Source: Antechinus flavipes (Eukaryota). From it: a stretch of 64,000 nt of DNA. Where the stretch lies: positions 427,924,001-427,988,000 of the forward strand of contig NC_067398.1 in the NCBI RefSeq assembly GCF_016432865.1, in the 5' to 3' direction. The first letter of the stretch is position 1, and each line of letters opens with the position of its first letter. Below the pieces are notes generated by a model. That model was given only the letters and a program-made list of their open reading frames with translations. It was not told the origin of the DNA and searched no databases. This document shows, in pieces, positions 1-11,399 of this stretch. The translations under genes were made by a program, and so were the position numbers.

Positions 1-39
1 CTTGCCTCAAGGATCAGTTCTTTAGTTTTTCTCTGTCCA

Positions 40-300
40 ATATACCATTCAAGACCTCATCATATACCACAGCTTATTTAGCTTTTCCCCAATTGATGGA
101 CATTCTTTTGATTCCCAATTCTTAATCACAAAAAAAAAAGAGCCACTGTAAATATTTTTATATAAATAGGTCCTTTTCCCCTTTTTATGTTTTTGGGAAA
201 TAGATCTAGCAATATTGCTAGCAAAGGGTATGCACAGTTTTATTACCCTTTTGTCATAGTTCCAAATTACTCTCCAAAATAGTTGGATCTATTATAGCTT
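40..300 (-). mobile_element. L1 fragment (ORF2 C-terminal/3' region), marsupial type
   Basis: ccccaattgatggacat...gggtatgcacagttt...tagttccaaattactctccaaaatagttggatc matches the reverse complement of the marsupial L1 ORF2 end as recalled. Confidence 0.75.
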
Positions 301-309
301 CTTTTTAAA

Positions 310-630
310 CCTTCTCTTCTCAGTGCTAAGCTATCCCAACTCATTTAATTAATCCTCAAATGCTATGGTCTCCAGTCCTTTTCCCTTCCTTATCACCCTC
401 CTTTGAAGGCCTTCCCACTTGTGCCATTACCAAAAAATAGAGCTCCAAACATAGTTCTTCAAGTGTGGTCACATAGGTCAGAGTACATTGAGACTATCAC
501 TGCCCATGTCCTGAGTATGATGTTTCTTTTGATGCAACATAATGTTGAACTATCATTTTTGACTGCCATATCACATTATTGACTGTATGGAGTTTACAAG
601 TCACTATGATCCCTAAGTTCTTTTCACTTT
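310..630 (-). mobile_element. CR1/L3 LINE relic
   Basis: Degenerate antisense CR1 3' RT-region motifs (cttctcttctc...gctaagctatccc; gtggtcacataggtcagagtacattgagactatcac). Confidence 0.6.
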
Positions 631-659
631 ACTTGTTTTCTATCTATGTTTCCACTAAC

Positions 660-2205
660 CCGAATGTAAGCTGTGGTACATGGGTGTGAATTGATTATGT
701 TAGAATGATTTCCTCCAAAAAAATGGAGGGGTATGGGAAAAAGGATGAATCGGGACATAAAATGGGGAAATGTTTCCAATGTGAAAAACGTGCACCAGGA
801 AGAATTAGAATTGGTTTAAAGAGGGAAGAATACACATATACACACAGAGAGAGTTGTGTATAGAAATTTAATTTATTTAATAGAGAAATAGAAGTAGAGG
901 GGATAAAAGAAAAGAGATGGGAGATAAAATGGAGGGCATATTAAGGTAAGCAGTGGTTAGAAGAAAAATGGGAGGGACAGGATAAAAGAGAGAAAGGATG
1001 AAACAGAAGAAAATGGAGAAGTAAATACACAATAATCTTAAATGTAAATATAAATGATATGAGTTTGCCCATAAAACTGAAGCAAATAGCAGAATGGATC
1101 AGAAACCAAAATCCAATAATACATTAGATGTAAGATACATATTTGAAACAGAGACACACATAGAACAGCCTCTAATATGCTTCAGCTGAAGTAAAAAGAA
1201 AAGAAAGGGGTAGCAATCATGATCTTAGACAATGCAAAAGGAAAAAAATTGGAACTAATTAAAAGAGATAATCAGGGAAATTACATTTTACTTACAAGGA
1301 CCATGGACAATAAAGTACTATCACAAATGTTCAGCAAATTTATTTGATAAAAGCCTCATTTCTCAAATATATTCTTAGCATGGAACTAAGATATATGTAT
1401 GAAAGTAAGAATCACTTCCCAATTGATAAGTGGTCAAAGAATAGAAACAGTTTTCAAAAGAAGAAGCTATATATAGCATACAAAGCTATGTATAGCATAA
1501 AAAATTCCCTAAATCACTATTGATTGGAGAAATGCAAATTAAGAGAACTTTGAGGTACCATCTCACATTTAATAGAAATGGCAAAACTAGCAGGGATGAG
1601 AGAAAAATAAATACTCTAATGAAGTGCTGGTGGAGTAGTGAGCTGGTTCAACCATTCTGGAGAACAATTTGGAACTATGCTCAAAGGGTTATAAAAGTGC
1701 ATATACTTTGAGCAATATCACTAAAAGGTCTGTTCCACAAAGAGGTCAAAAGAAAAGAACCTATATGTACAATAATATTTATAGCAACACTTTTTTTGGT
1801 GGCAAAGAATTGGAAATCAAGGGGATATATTCATCAATTGGGAAAAGTTACACAAATTAAGGCATATGATTATGACATTACTATAATGATATAAGAAATG
1901 ATGAGGGGTGGTTTCAGAAAAACACGGTAAGAACTATATGCAAAGTGAAGTGAGAAGAATCAAAAGATAATTGTATACAGTAACAGCAATGTTGTAAGGA
2001 TGATTAACTGTGAAAGACTTGGCTTCTCTGATCAATCCAATGATTCAAGACAATTCCAAAGGACCCATGGTGAAAATATGCTATCCAGCACCAGAGAGAG
2101 AACTAATGAATGAACTTAGGGCAAATTAAAGTATCATTTTCTCACTTGTTTTATTTTTCTTGTTTTTTTTCACAATATGGCTAATACAGAAATATATTTT
2201 GCATG
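660..2205 (+). mobile_element. L1 with large internal deletion (end of ORF1/spacer, ORF2 endonuclease start, ORF2 C-terminus, 3' UTR)
   Basis: From about 1040 it translates NVNINDMSLPIKLKQIAEWIRNQNP, the L1 endonuclease start. About 1510-1570 gives LLIGEMQIKRTLRYHLT, the L1 ORF2 C-terminal motif. This explains ORFs 1520..1711 and 1669..1860. Confidence 0.9.
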
Positions 2206-2334
2206 AAAAAATACCATCATTAATTTCAGGAAGAAACTCTAACAGTAAAATCTCTGCAGCTCCTTATATTCCTACCTACTGACACTCAGATCCTCAGTTC
2301 TCTGTGGCTCTTACTAGCAATTCTCCCTACTTAC

Positions 2335-2476
2335 TGCCATGGCAAACTGTCTGATACTGTCACTGGGGGCTCCTAATTGTAGCTTTTTGTAGAAATTTTT
2401 TTGACCTTTTCTCCTATTACCTGACACTCCTTTCCCAAAAGCATAGATCAGCAATTAGCAGTCACCTGTCAACATC
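2335..2476 (-). other. Candidate 5'UTR exon ending in start codon (ATG GCA | gtaagt)
   Basis: Minus strand: acceptor gttaatgttttctttag|G at 2477, Kozak gccATGG at 2340-2338, consensus donor gtaagt at 2334-2329. All frames are closed upstream of the ATG. Unique-looking sequence. Confidence 0.35.
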
Positions 2477-3119
2477 CTAAAGAAAACATTAACTTCTCTC
2501 AATTATTATTTTCATTTTAAAAATCACTACTTCCAACCATTTTCTAACCTCTTTTTCTTCTTTCTGCCTTTTTACTCTGGCTGCTCCTATGAATGTCTTC
2601 ACTACACTATCAATCTTTGGTTGAGAAATACCACCTTATCAGTGCCCTCCCTTAAAGCTTTACCACATAAATTGATCAACATCCAGATGTAGTCTGACCA
2701 GTGCAAAATGCAGTGGGACTGCTGTAGGACTCCCCCATTCTATACCCTTTAATCCTTTTAGGACAACATAAGATCACATCAGTTTTTTTACAATCTAAAA
2801 CACTTTATGCGATGAACATTAATTAGATATGTAGTATGTGCTGAGTCCAATGCTAGGTACTGAGTTAAATATATCACTTGGATATAAAATGACTCTCAGT
2901 CTCATGAAGTTTACATGCTTGAAAGAAGTAAGAAGCAAAGATAACTCTATAACAAAATACTACATCAGCCACAGAATCATCGAAACTTAGTTGAAAGGAA
3001 CCTCAGAGATCTAGTACCTGAAGAAAATCCTTTTACAACAACATCCCTGATAAATGGTCATTCAGTCTTCACTTTCACAATCTCTGGAACCAAACAGACT
3101 ACCTAAACCTTCATCCAAA

Positions 3120-3370
3120 TGATTTGTTGTTGTTATTCAGTCACTGACTCTTTGTGACCTCATTTTGGGTTCATTTTGTGTTTTCTTGGCAAAGATACCA
3201 GAAATAGTTTGCCATTTCCTTCTTTAGTTCATTTTACAGATGAGGAACAAACAGGATTAAGTGACTTGCCCAGGATCACACAGCCAATTTCTGAAGCCAG
3301 ATCTGAACTCAGAAAAGCTCAGCCTTCCTGATGTCAGGGCTGGAATTCCCTCTACTGTTCCATCCAATAT
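3120..3370 (-). mobile_element. MAR1-type CORE-SINE
   Basis: gttgttgttattcagtca...ttttcttggcaaagatac...tttgccatttccttct...cattttacagatgagga...ttaagtgacttgcccaggatcacacagc. Explains ORF 3257..3463. Confidence 0.85.
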
Positions 3371-5479
3371 AACCCTGCAAATACTTGGATAATTATTATA
3401 TTCCCCACTCAAAATCTTCTCCTCTCCTCTCAAACACCCCTTGTTCTTTCGATTGATCTCCATATGATGTAGTATCTGATTTTCTCACCACCTTGATTGT
3501 CTTCCCTGGGTTTTTCTCTGGTTCATCAATATGATTCCTAAATTATATCTCTCAGATCACAAGATAATACTCCAGAACAGAGTATAATGAGATTGATGTT
3601 TCTTTTGTTCTAGCTCTTCTATTAAAAAGCAGGCACTATCTTTTGCCTCCTTTTGTTTCCTCACTGTTGAGCAAAGCACCTGGCACATGTTAGGCACTTA
3701 ATAAATGGTAATTGATTGATAGTTGCCAAAGTTCGTAAATGGTTTGGATTTTGTTTGTTGTTCTTTTTGTCTGTTATGTCACACTGCTGGCTTATACTGA
3801 GTTTGTGGTCTAGTACACTAAAACCCCTAGATCACTGATACTCAATAGACACTTAATAAATGCTTGATGAATAAATGAATTAATACTGTCTGGCACATTT
3901 AATGGAAATGCAGGAGTAATGTTGTTAAGAATAATGACCTATCATTACTAAATAATATCCCTCAAGGAATCATATCTTCCTATTATTAAAAACCACATTC
4001 AGGGCACAGGCTGAAGTTTCATCTCTTGAATGGTAATGTGACTAGGATGATTGCCCACTGGGGGAAAAAAAAGTTCTGGCTGAGGCATGAAAAAACACAT
4101 CTTACAGCCACAAACAGAAAGAAATCAATATAGTCTTCAAAGGATTAGGGTTGTGTGGTCAGAGAGTTAAAGTGGGTTGGGTGGATCAGGGGAGTTAAGG
4201 GAGTTGACCCAGGGCTTTAGAAGTATAAAATACTGGAGCTGGAAAGAGCTTAAGAGATTGAGTCTATCCCCTGACTCCTGCAGGTAAAGAAACAATGGCC
4301 CAAAAAAAGAAATATAATTTACATTTAGCAACCTTGCTTATTATCAAGGCAACCAGGACTAGAACACAGCTCACCAGACTCCAAATTCAGCCTTCTTTTG
4401 AAGAACCAGGCTAGGATCCAAACATTCTCACTCCTAGCCACATATTCCTTCCAATTTCCCCATCATGCCTCCTTCCTTTTACCAATAGGAGACCATATTT
4501 GAACTTTTGGTTTTTCTTGATAATAAATCAGGAAAGTCAAGTAATCACTATACTCATTCAAAATGGTGACTTGTTGGGTAAATCATTTGTAATCCACATT
4601 GTGCCCATTGTTTGCTTAATAATCACCTACGTGTTTTCCTGAAAGTTTTAGCATCTTTCTCAATCAGGAATTGGTCTGATTGTGTTTATTTCCAAGCCAA
4701 GAGACTTTGTTCGCCCAACACATGGCTGTAACATGCTTGACTACTCAGGGCTCTCATGCTTCAAAGGAACTATGCCCACTCTCAAAGGAAAATCTGATAC
4801 ACTCTTCTTGACTCCCTCCTTTTTAATTAAAGGGATATGTCTTGAAATTCCCTATACATGTATCAAAGACTGATGATCTTTTAGGATCCTGGACTTTCAG
4901 TACAGAAGATCTTAGAAATGATATAATCTAACCCCCACCATTTTATATATAAGGACCCCTGAAGGAGACCAGTGAGAGGGAAAAGTGATTTCTGTATGAC
5001 CATGCTGCTGGTTAGCAATCCCATCCCATCATCCCCTGCCTCCTGACTCCAGATTCAAGGCTCTTCCCATTGAACAATGCTGCCTCTGTCCAGAGAGGGG
5101 TAGGAACATGGGCAAAGAGTTAACAGATGTTTTTTAATCTCAAATAGGCAATATGTGCATAACGATTCAGACAACTGAGCAAGCATTGAACCAGAATATG
5201 CCAGAAAGTATTTACACTATGGAGATTAGAAAACACATCTAGACTTGTACTGGAAACAAGTCAGTGAGCATTACCAATTAAGAAGTCCAAATGTGAAGAG
5301 ATCTCAACTACAAATGGCCTGCTACATTCTAACCTGGTTTATGAACTCAGGAGAAGAACTTGGTAGAGAAAATCCTTACTGGAGAATGATATGGGTATGA
5401 TACCAAACTGAATTAATTAAACAAGCATTTATGTAATAAAAACATAGTGTATTAAGGTAGAGGAATAGTATGGTAATGT

Positions 5480-6005
5480 AGAAACGTGAAATAGTAAAAA
5501 GAACACTGAACTCATAGTCAATATATTGTGTTTCAATCCCCAATTCTTCCATTTTATAGCTGTGTGATCTTGGACAAATTCCTTTATTTCATGGGCCTTA
5601 GTTTCTTCATTTGCTTTTGATATTTTTCATAATCAGTACTTCATCTCCTATCTCTGCTTTTTCAAAGGCTCTTCTTCATGTTTGATATTGAATCTCTCCC
5701 TACCTGTTGCATTTCCTGGTTTCTTTCAAAGTTAAGTTCAAATACAATCTCCTACATTAAGCTTTTCCTGATATCTCTCTGCTTTTAGTTACTCCCCACC
5801 CATTCGCTAACTTATATTTTCTATAAGGCAACATTTGTTACCTTATGTTTGTTAGTATGTGTATTATATATTGATAAGTGTTGATATTATTTCCCCAAAA
5901 GAATGTGAGGTCCTTTAAGAGAAGGGATTTTGTTACATTTTTCTACTTTGTAACCACTGCACAGTTCTTGGAATATAGTAGGCACTTAAAATGCTTTCAG
6001 ATTAT
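5480..6005 (+). mobile_element. MIR followed by L2 3' fragment
   Basis: agctgtgtgatcttggacaaatt (MIR core); agaatgtgaggtcctttaagagaagggat...atagtaggcacttaaaatgc (L2 3' end). Confidence 0.7.
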
Positions 6006-6199
6006 TTGTAAAATGGGTCTGAACTTCATAATCTCTAAAACCCTTTCAGTTGTAATATTTATTTTGTGCCTGGCTCTGTGCTGGGTACTCTGAGAAACAG
6101 AAAAAAAGTTTTAACAAATACTGGTTTTGCTCTCAAGAAGTTTACATTTTTACTAGAAAGACAACATTCAAATGTTAAATAATCCTTGAACAGTAACAG

Positions 6200-6800
6200 A
6201 ATCATCACTGACAGAGCCACAGGACAAGTTGCTGGGACCAGTATCTAGACTGACCATAGTCAAAAACCAGACTGGTTGTTGGGCAATTTTATAGTGTAGT
6301 AGAAAAGATGATGGATTTGGGAGCAGAGAATATTTGAGCTAGGCTCAACTTATTACTTGTATGATTTTGTGCAGGTTTGGGCTTCATTGTTTTCATCTTT
6401 AAAATAAAAGGTTTGGATTCAGTCTAGCTCTAAATCTATGACCTTACGTGAGTCCAGAAATAAATACAAATTGAAGGTCAGAATAGAGCAATAAGTCAGA
6501 AAACTGGGCAGCAAGCATTAGACAAGAAATAATTGACTAATGGAGGTGTCAGAAAGCAGTGGGTCAGAAACTTTTTAAGAAGACAGGAAGACAGAGATAC
6601 TAAAGGGTAAGGCAAGGAGGTGGGTCAGAAATCCAGGCAAACAAGCAAACCCAGGCAGGAAAACAGATTAGAAACATCAGCACTAGAATGACTTTGATAA
6701 TAAAGGTCATTCATTGCCAGGGTCAACCAAGAAGCATTAGTAAAATTCCTGTAAGGCATAAATCAGCACCTAAATGTGGAAATTCTAGAACTTGCAGGTG
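6200..6800. mobile_element. Old LTR-like interspersed repeat (possibly MamGypLTR-like), interrupted by MIR
   Basis: Purine-rich gtcagaaatccaggcaaacaagc-type motifs, similar in character to 40260-40700. Family name is inference. Confidence 0.3.
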
Positions 6801-7214
6801 GAAGCAAGTGAACAGGGACACACAGATGGAAATAGAGTAAGAACAGTGCAGGTGGAGGAGGGAACCAAATATCTTTAAGTGATAAAGGTTTATCTCAATT
6901 GCTGTTTCCTACAAAGACCCTCCTGTTACTACTCATTGTTAATGCTCTCTCCTATACATCTCAAATGACTTTGTATTTGTTAATCTACTGTATGTCTGAT
7001 TTCCCCCAATAGAATGTAAGCTCTTTGAGACTAAACTGTTTCTTAGTTCCTAGTAGGATGTTTGACATACAGTAGGTGCATAATAAGTGCTTGTCAAATT
7101 TAATTGAGTTGGCTTAGTAAGGAGTCAACTCTTCAATGTTCCCTCTTAAGCAGGATACTCTTTCTAGAGCTCATGAATAGTGAGAGACAAGAGCCAGATG
7201 ATCACCACCTTCAG

Positions 7215-7745
7215 TTAATTAATTAATCAATCAATAAACATTCATTAAATACCTCCTATATGCCAAGCTTTGTACTAAGCACCAGGGACACAAAAAGAAT
7301 CAGAAGTCAATCCTTGCCCTCAAGGAATTTACAGTCTAATAGGGGTGAAAACATTCAAACAAATATAGAAAAACAAACTATATATATAGGATTAAAAAGA
7401 TATATTTAACTGAGAGAAGGCACTAGAATTAAAGAGGGGTTGAGAAATGTTTCCTGTAAAAGATGTTAGGACTTTTTTTTGTTAGAACTTAAAAGAAATC
7501 AGAGAAGTCAGTAGACAAAAAAGAGGAAGAGGACATTCCAAGCCCTTTTAAAGGACTATTAATATATAGGATAAAAAAAGATATAATTAACAGGGGGAAG
7601 GCACTAGAATTACAAGGGTTGAGAAATGCTTCCTGTAAAAGACTTTTTTTTTTTTGTTAGAACTTAAAGAAAGCCAGGGAAGTCAGTAAAAGGAATGGAC
7701 ATGACATGAGGAAGGAGACATTCCAAGCATCTTTAAAGGACTATT
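7215..7745 (-). mobile_element. L2 relic containing a ~180-bp tandem duplication
   Basis: L2 antisense tail (caatcaataaacattcattaa...cttgccctcaagga), then two copies at 7381-7560 and 7561-7745. Confidence 0.8.
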
Positions 7746-9129
7746 AACCAGAAGGGGCTTTCCATTGGCCATTGAGGATGATAGGCTTATGGTAAGCAGA
7801 GCCATCCAACATAGGCTGTCACTGTGTGATGAAGTTTAGGTCAAAGGCTTTTGTCTGAGAAGGAGCTGAAATTAAACCTTTGGAAACATAGAGAGGGAAC
7901 TTAGGTTATCTTTACATGATTTCATAAACGTAAAGAGGTCAAGGTGAAAGGAACCTAAGAGTTCATCTTGTCTGACTTTTTTCATTTTCAAGCTGAGGAA
8001 ATTGAAGGGAAAGGAAGTTAAAAGTCTTTCTTAAAATAAAAACTCTGAAGTGAGATTTGAACCTAGTCCCTCTGATTCCATAACCAGTATTCTTTAACTA
8101 TTGTACCAATCTTCAAATATGGCTTCAAATACTTCTAAGGCATGAGTCTGTGATACTACTAAAATAATATAAAACCAATCAAACCTTTGTGATAAGATAA
8201 TTTCACATTTAAACTAAGGAGCATCTAGGTAAGGTCCATTTTTTCCTTAAATCAGAAAGATACAGCATCGTGTAAAAAAATAAAAAGTATTTTTCCAAGA
8301 ATTATTCCTATCAAAAGGCTTCTTTTGACAAAGTAGAGATTTTGAGCTAGAAGAGACCTTAGAAATAATGTAATCCAGTCATTTTATTTTACAAATAAGA
8401 GACTGAGGACAGTTATTCTGTGTGACCATGAGTTAATCATGTAACTTCCTTGGTCCCTCAATGTCCTTATATTTGAAATGGGAATAAGGACTATACTTAT
8501 GTCATAGGATATGTGAGGATCAAGTAAGAGCATCTCAATGAAATACTCTGGAAACCTTAAGTTATTGGATAAACATCAGCTGTTATTACTTTTGGACTAT
8601 AAAATCCTCTTGTTCCCCCTAAATTTTCTCTTCTTGAGATTATAGAATTTTGTGTTAGAAGGGATCCAAAGCCTTCATTTGACAAGTAAGGAATCTGAGA
8701 TTTGCTGAGGATAAGCAATTTTCATAAAGTCCTACATAATAAATAAAATTCAAACTTAGATGCTATGATTTCAAATTCAGTACTTATTCTTATATTTAAA
8801 CATCATTCTTCTTCTCCTTCATTCTTTAGATACTTGAAATGCTGTCAACTCAAAGAGTTGACACTTAGTTGATCTTAGTTGATCCAGATGAGTTGAAATA
8901 GCACCAATGGGTAGAAATTTACCATGAGGCACACTGTTTCATACAGTAGTAAAAGCATTCAATTGGACTCAGAAAGACTTCAGAAATGTATTGTGCCTTA
9001 GATACTTACTGGATGAGTAATTCTAGGTAAGCCACTTAGCCTCTCTGCCTTCTCATTTGTAAAATGAGGGGATTGAACTCAATTTCCTCATTAGGTGCCT
9101 TTTGCCTCTAAATCTATAATCTTCTAGAT

Positions 9130-9380
9130 AATTGTTGTTAGTCATTTTTCAATCATGTCCAACTCTTCATGAGCCCTTATGGGGCTTTTTTGGCAAAGAA
9201 AAAAATGATTTGCTATTCCTTTCTCCAGCTTATTTTACAGATGAAGAACTAAAACAAACAGGGTTAAATAATTTGTCTAATCACAGAGCTTGTAAGTGCC
9301 TGAGGCCAAATTTGAACTCAGAAAGATCAGTGTTCTTGCCGCCAGAGCTCATATTTTGAGCCACCTCACTGCCCTACAAA
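9130..9380 (-). mobile_element. MAR1-type CORE-SINE
   Basis: tcatgtccaactcttcatga...ttttggcaaaga...tttgctattcctttctccagcttattttacagatga. Explains ORF 9132..9359. Confidence 0.85.
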
Positions 9381-10924
9381 CAATTAGAACTGCACTAAAA
9401 TGGAATGGGCTGTCTTATATGCTAGTCAGTTCGTTCTCACAGGAGGAATTCAAACAGAGACTTAATAATTTTAAGGTATGTTGAAGACATGGAATTTATG
9501 CCTCAAGTATGGCTTACATTTAATGATAGCTAAAGGTCTTTCAAAATTTAAGTTTCATGATTCCATGATACTAAACCCTAAATGGGTTACTTTGTTTGCC
9601 CAGAGTCATCCAGCTAATAGCTAGGAAAGCCATGAGGAGAGCATACCTCTCCTAGGAATCCTTGCTGAAGACTCATTTAACTTCTCCACCTTTCCAGGGC
9701 ACAATTTCAAGACCATAGTTCAAATTAGATCATTGTATATGTATGAATTCACAGCCAGAATAGTTGCTAAAAGCCAAACCACTTTGTGTAATGTAAAATA
9801 TTCTCCAAAATCTTTTTTAATTAGGGATTGGCTCTTTCCATAATGTTTATCATTTATGGCATCTGACCACATCATTTGAAAGAATGTAACACAAACAACA
9901 TAAAACAATTTGTCAAATACATGAAATGAAACTCATTTATAATTAATTATAAAAACCATCTAATTGCATGGGTGAGTGTAAAAGTACTGAAGAGTTCTGA
10001 TGCTGATCTTCTCTTTAAAACACAAACATCTATTTCTAAAAAAAACTTTAAAAGCAATGGACAACTGTTCTACTAACATTGAAAGAAAAAGAATCTCATC
10101 AAAAGGAGACTTTAATGCTTACCTTTCTCTATAAACTTGACCATTCAAGAATTAATTAGGAAAGAAGATAAGACATTCTTGTTTCTAGTCAACAATCCAC
10201 AAGGAATTACTCAGAGAACCAAAAGAAGGAATCCCAAATTGGACAGGATCTCTATGGTGGCTTAATAAAAGGCAATATATAAGAATCTCACAGAATGAGA
10301 ACATAAATGAATTGTGATCTGCACCAGTAGATGGAATACCCATAATTAAGACAGAGATCCATTAAAGCATCTATTTAAGGGAATCAATGGGTTATGGACT
10401 AAGAAAGTTTCAAGCTAAAGAGACAAATAGTTTCTGGATTTCAGGAGAAAAGAGGGATGTGAATTAGACTTTGAAGGATGAACAGGAAGGAGGCAGAAAT
10501 TCTTGAGTATCAAATTGTATAGAGGTTAAGACAGAATCAGGTAAAATGAGATCTCACTGGCAGATACAAAAGTGACAACAAAATAAACTATCACTTCAAG
10601 GAAGATTTTAGAATCTGCCTTTTTAAAAATTCTGATTTTAAATATATCTCTCAAAATGATCATTTCCATGTACAAAGTAGGGTAGGGGAAAAAAAAAACT
10701 GTCCTGATTGTGTTCTTCTAAATTTCCTTCTGTTCTCTTCTGTGAATTTTTTAAATGCTTCAATGATCTTCTTTACTTTCTTTTTTTCATGCCAATCTCT
10801 TGGTGCTTGAAGAATACCCTTCTTCCCTGCAGGGGATAAGAAAGATGCCCTTCCATGGCCTGCTGGTTTTCTGGCTCAGCCTCATCCTGCCAGTAGGGGA
10901 TCAGAGAGATATTACTAGACTCAC

Positions 10925-11037
10925 ATCAGTCCCCTAGGTTAGACCCTTCCTTATTGTAGGGTGCCTTTTTTGACTTCAGGGGATTGGAAAGCTGCCATTC
11001 TATCACATGAAGGTCTTCTGACCTGGTATTTTCCTGC
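10925..11037 (-). other. Orphan exon-like unit (113 nt)
   Basis: Minus strand: acceptor ttgtgtctgtcccctgtag|G and donor GAT|gtgagt. GC-richer than flanks. All three frames hit a stop, so it is noncoding or terminal. Confidence 0.3.
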
Positions 11038-11399
11038 CTACAGGGGACAGACACAATTGGATGTACATTGGTTTGAGTATTGGACTACTCAGTTCAAATT
11101 TTGCCTTAGATTCATGTGATCTTAGACGTCATTTAACTTCTGTTTGTCTCAATTTTTCAATGAGATAATAATACTTATTCTGAGTGTTGTTGTGAGGATC
11201 AAGTGAGATATTCATAAAATATTTAGCTATATCTGGCACATAATAGGTGCAATAACAACAAAACTCGTTGTTATTGCTGTTGTCCCTTCCTTCTCACTTT
11301 TTTTCTTTCTAGTCTGGAAAAGATAGAAATACTATATGTGGGTGACTTTAGATTCATATGTGTGTGTGTGTGTGTGTGTATTTTATACATCTTTGAATT

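Noticed and set aside
10845-10937. Plus-strand MPFHGLLVFWLSLILPVG signal-peptide-like micro-ORF
   Set aside because: It stops after 30 codons and overlaps the better-supported minus-strand exon-like unit.
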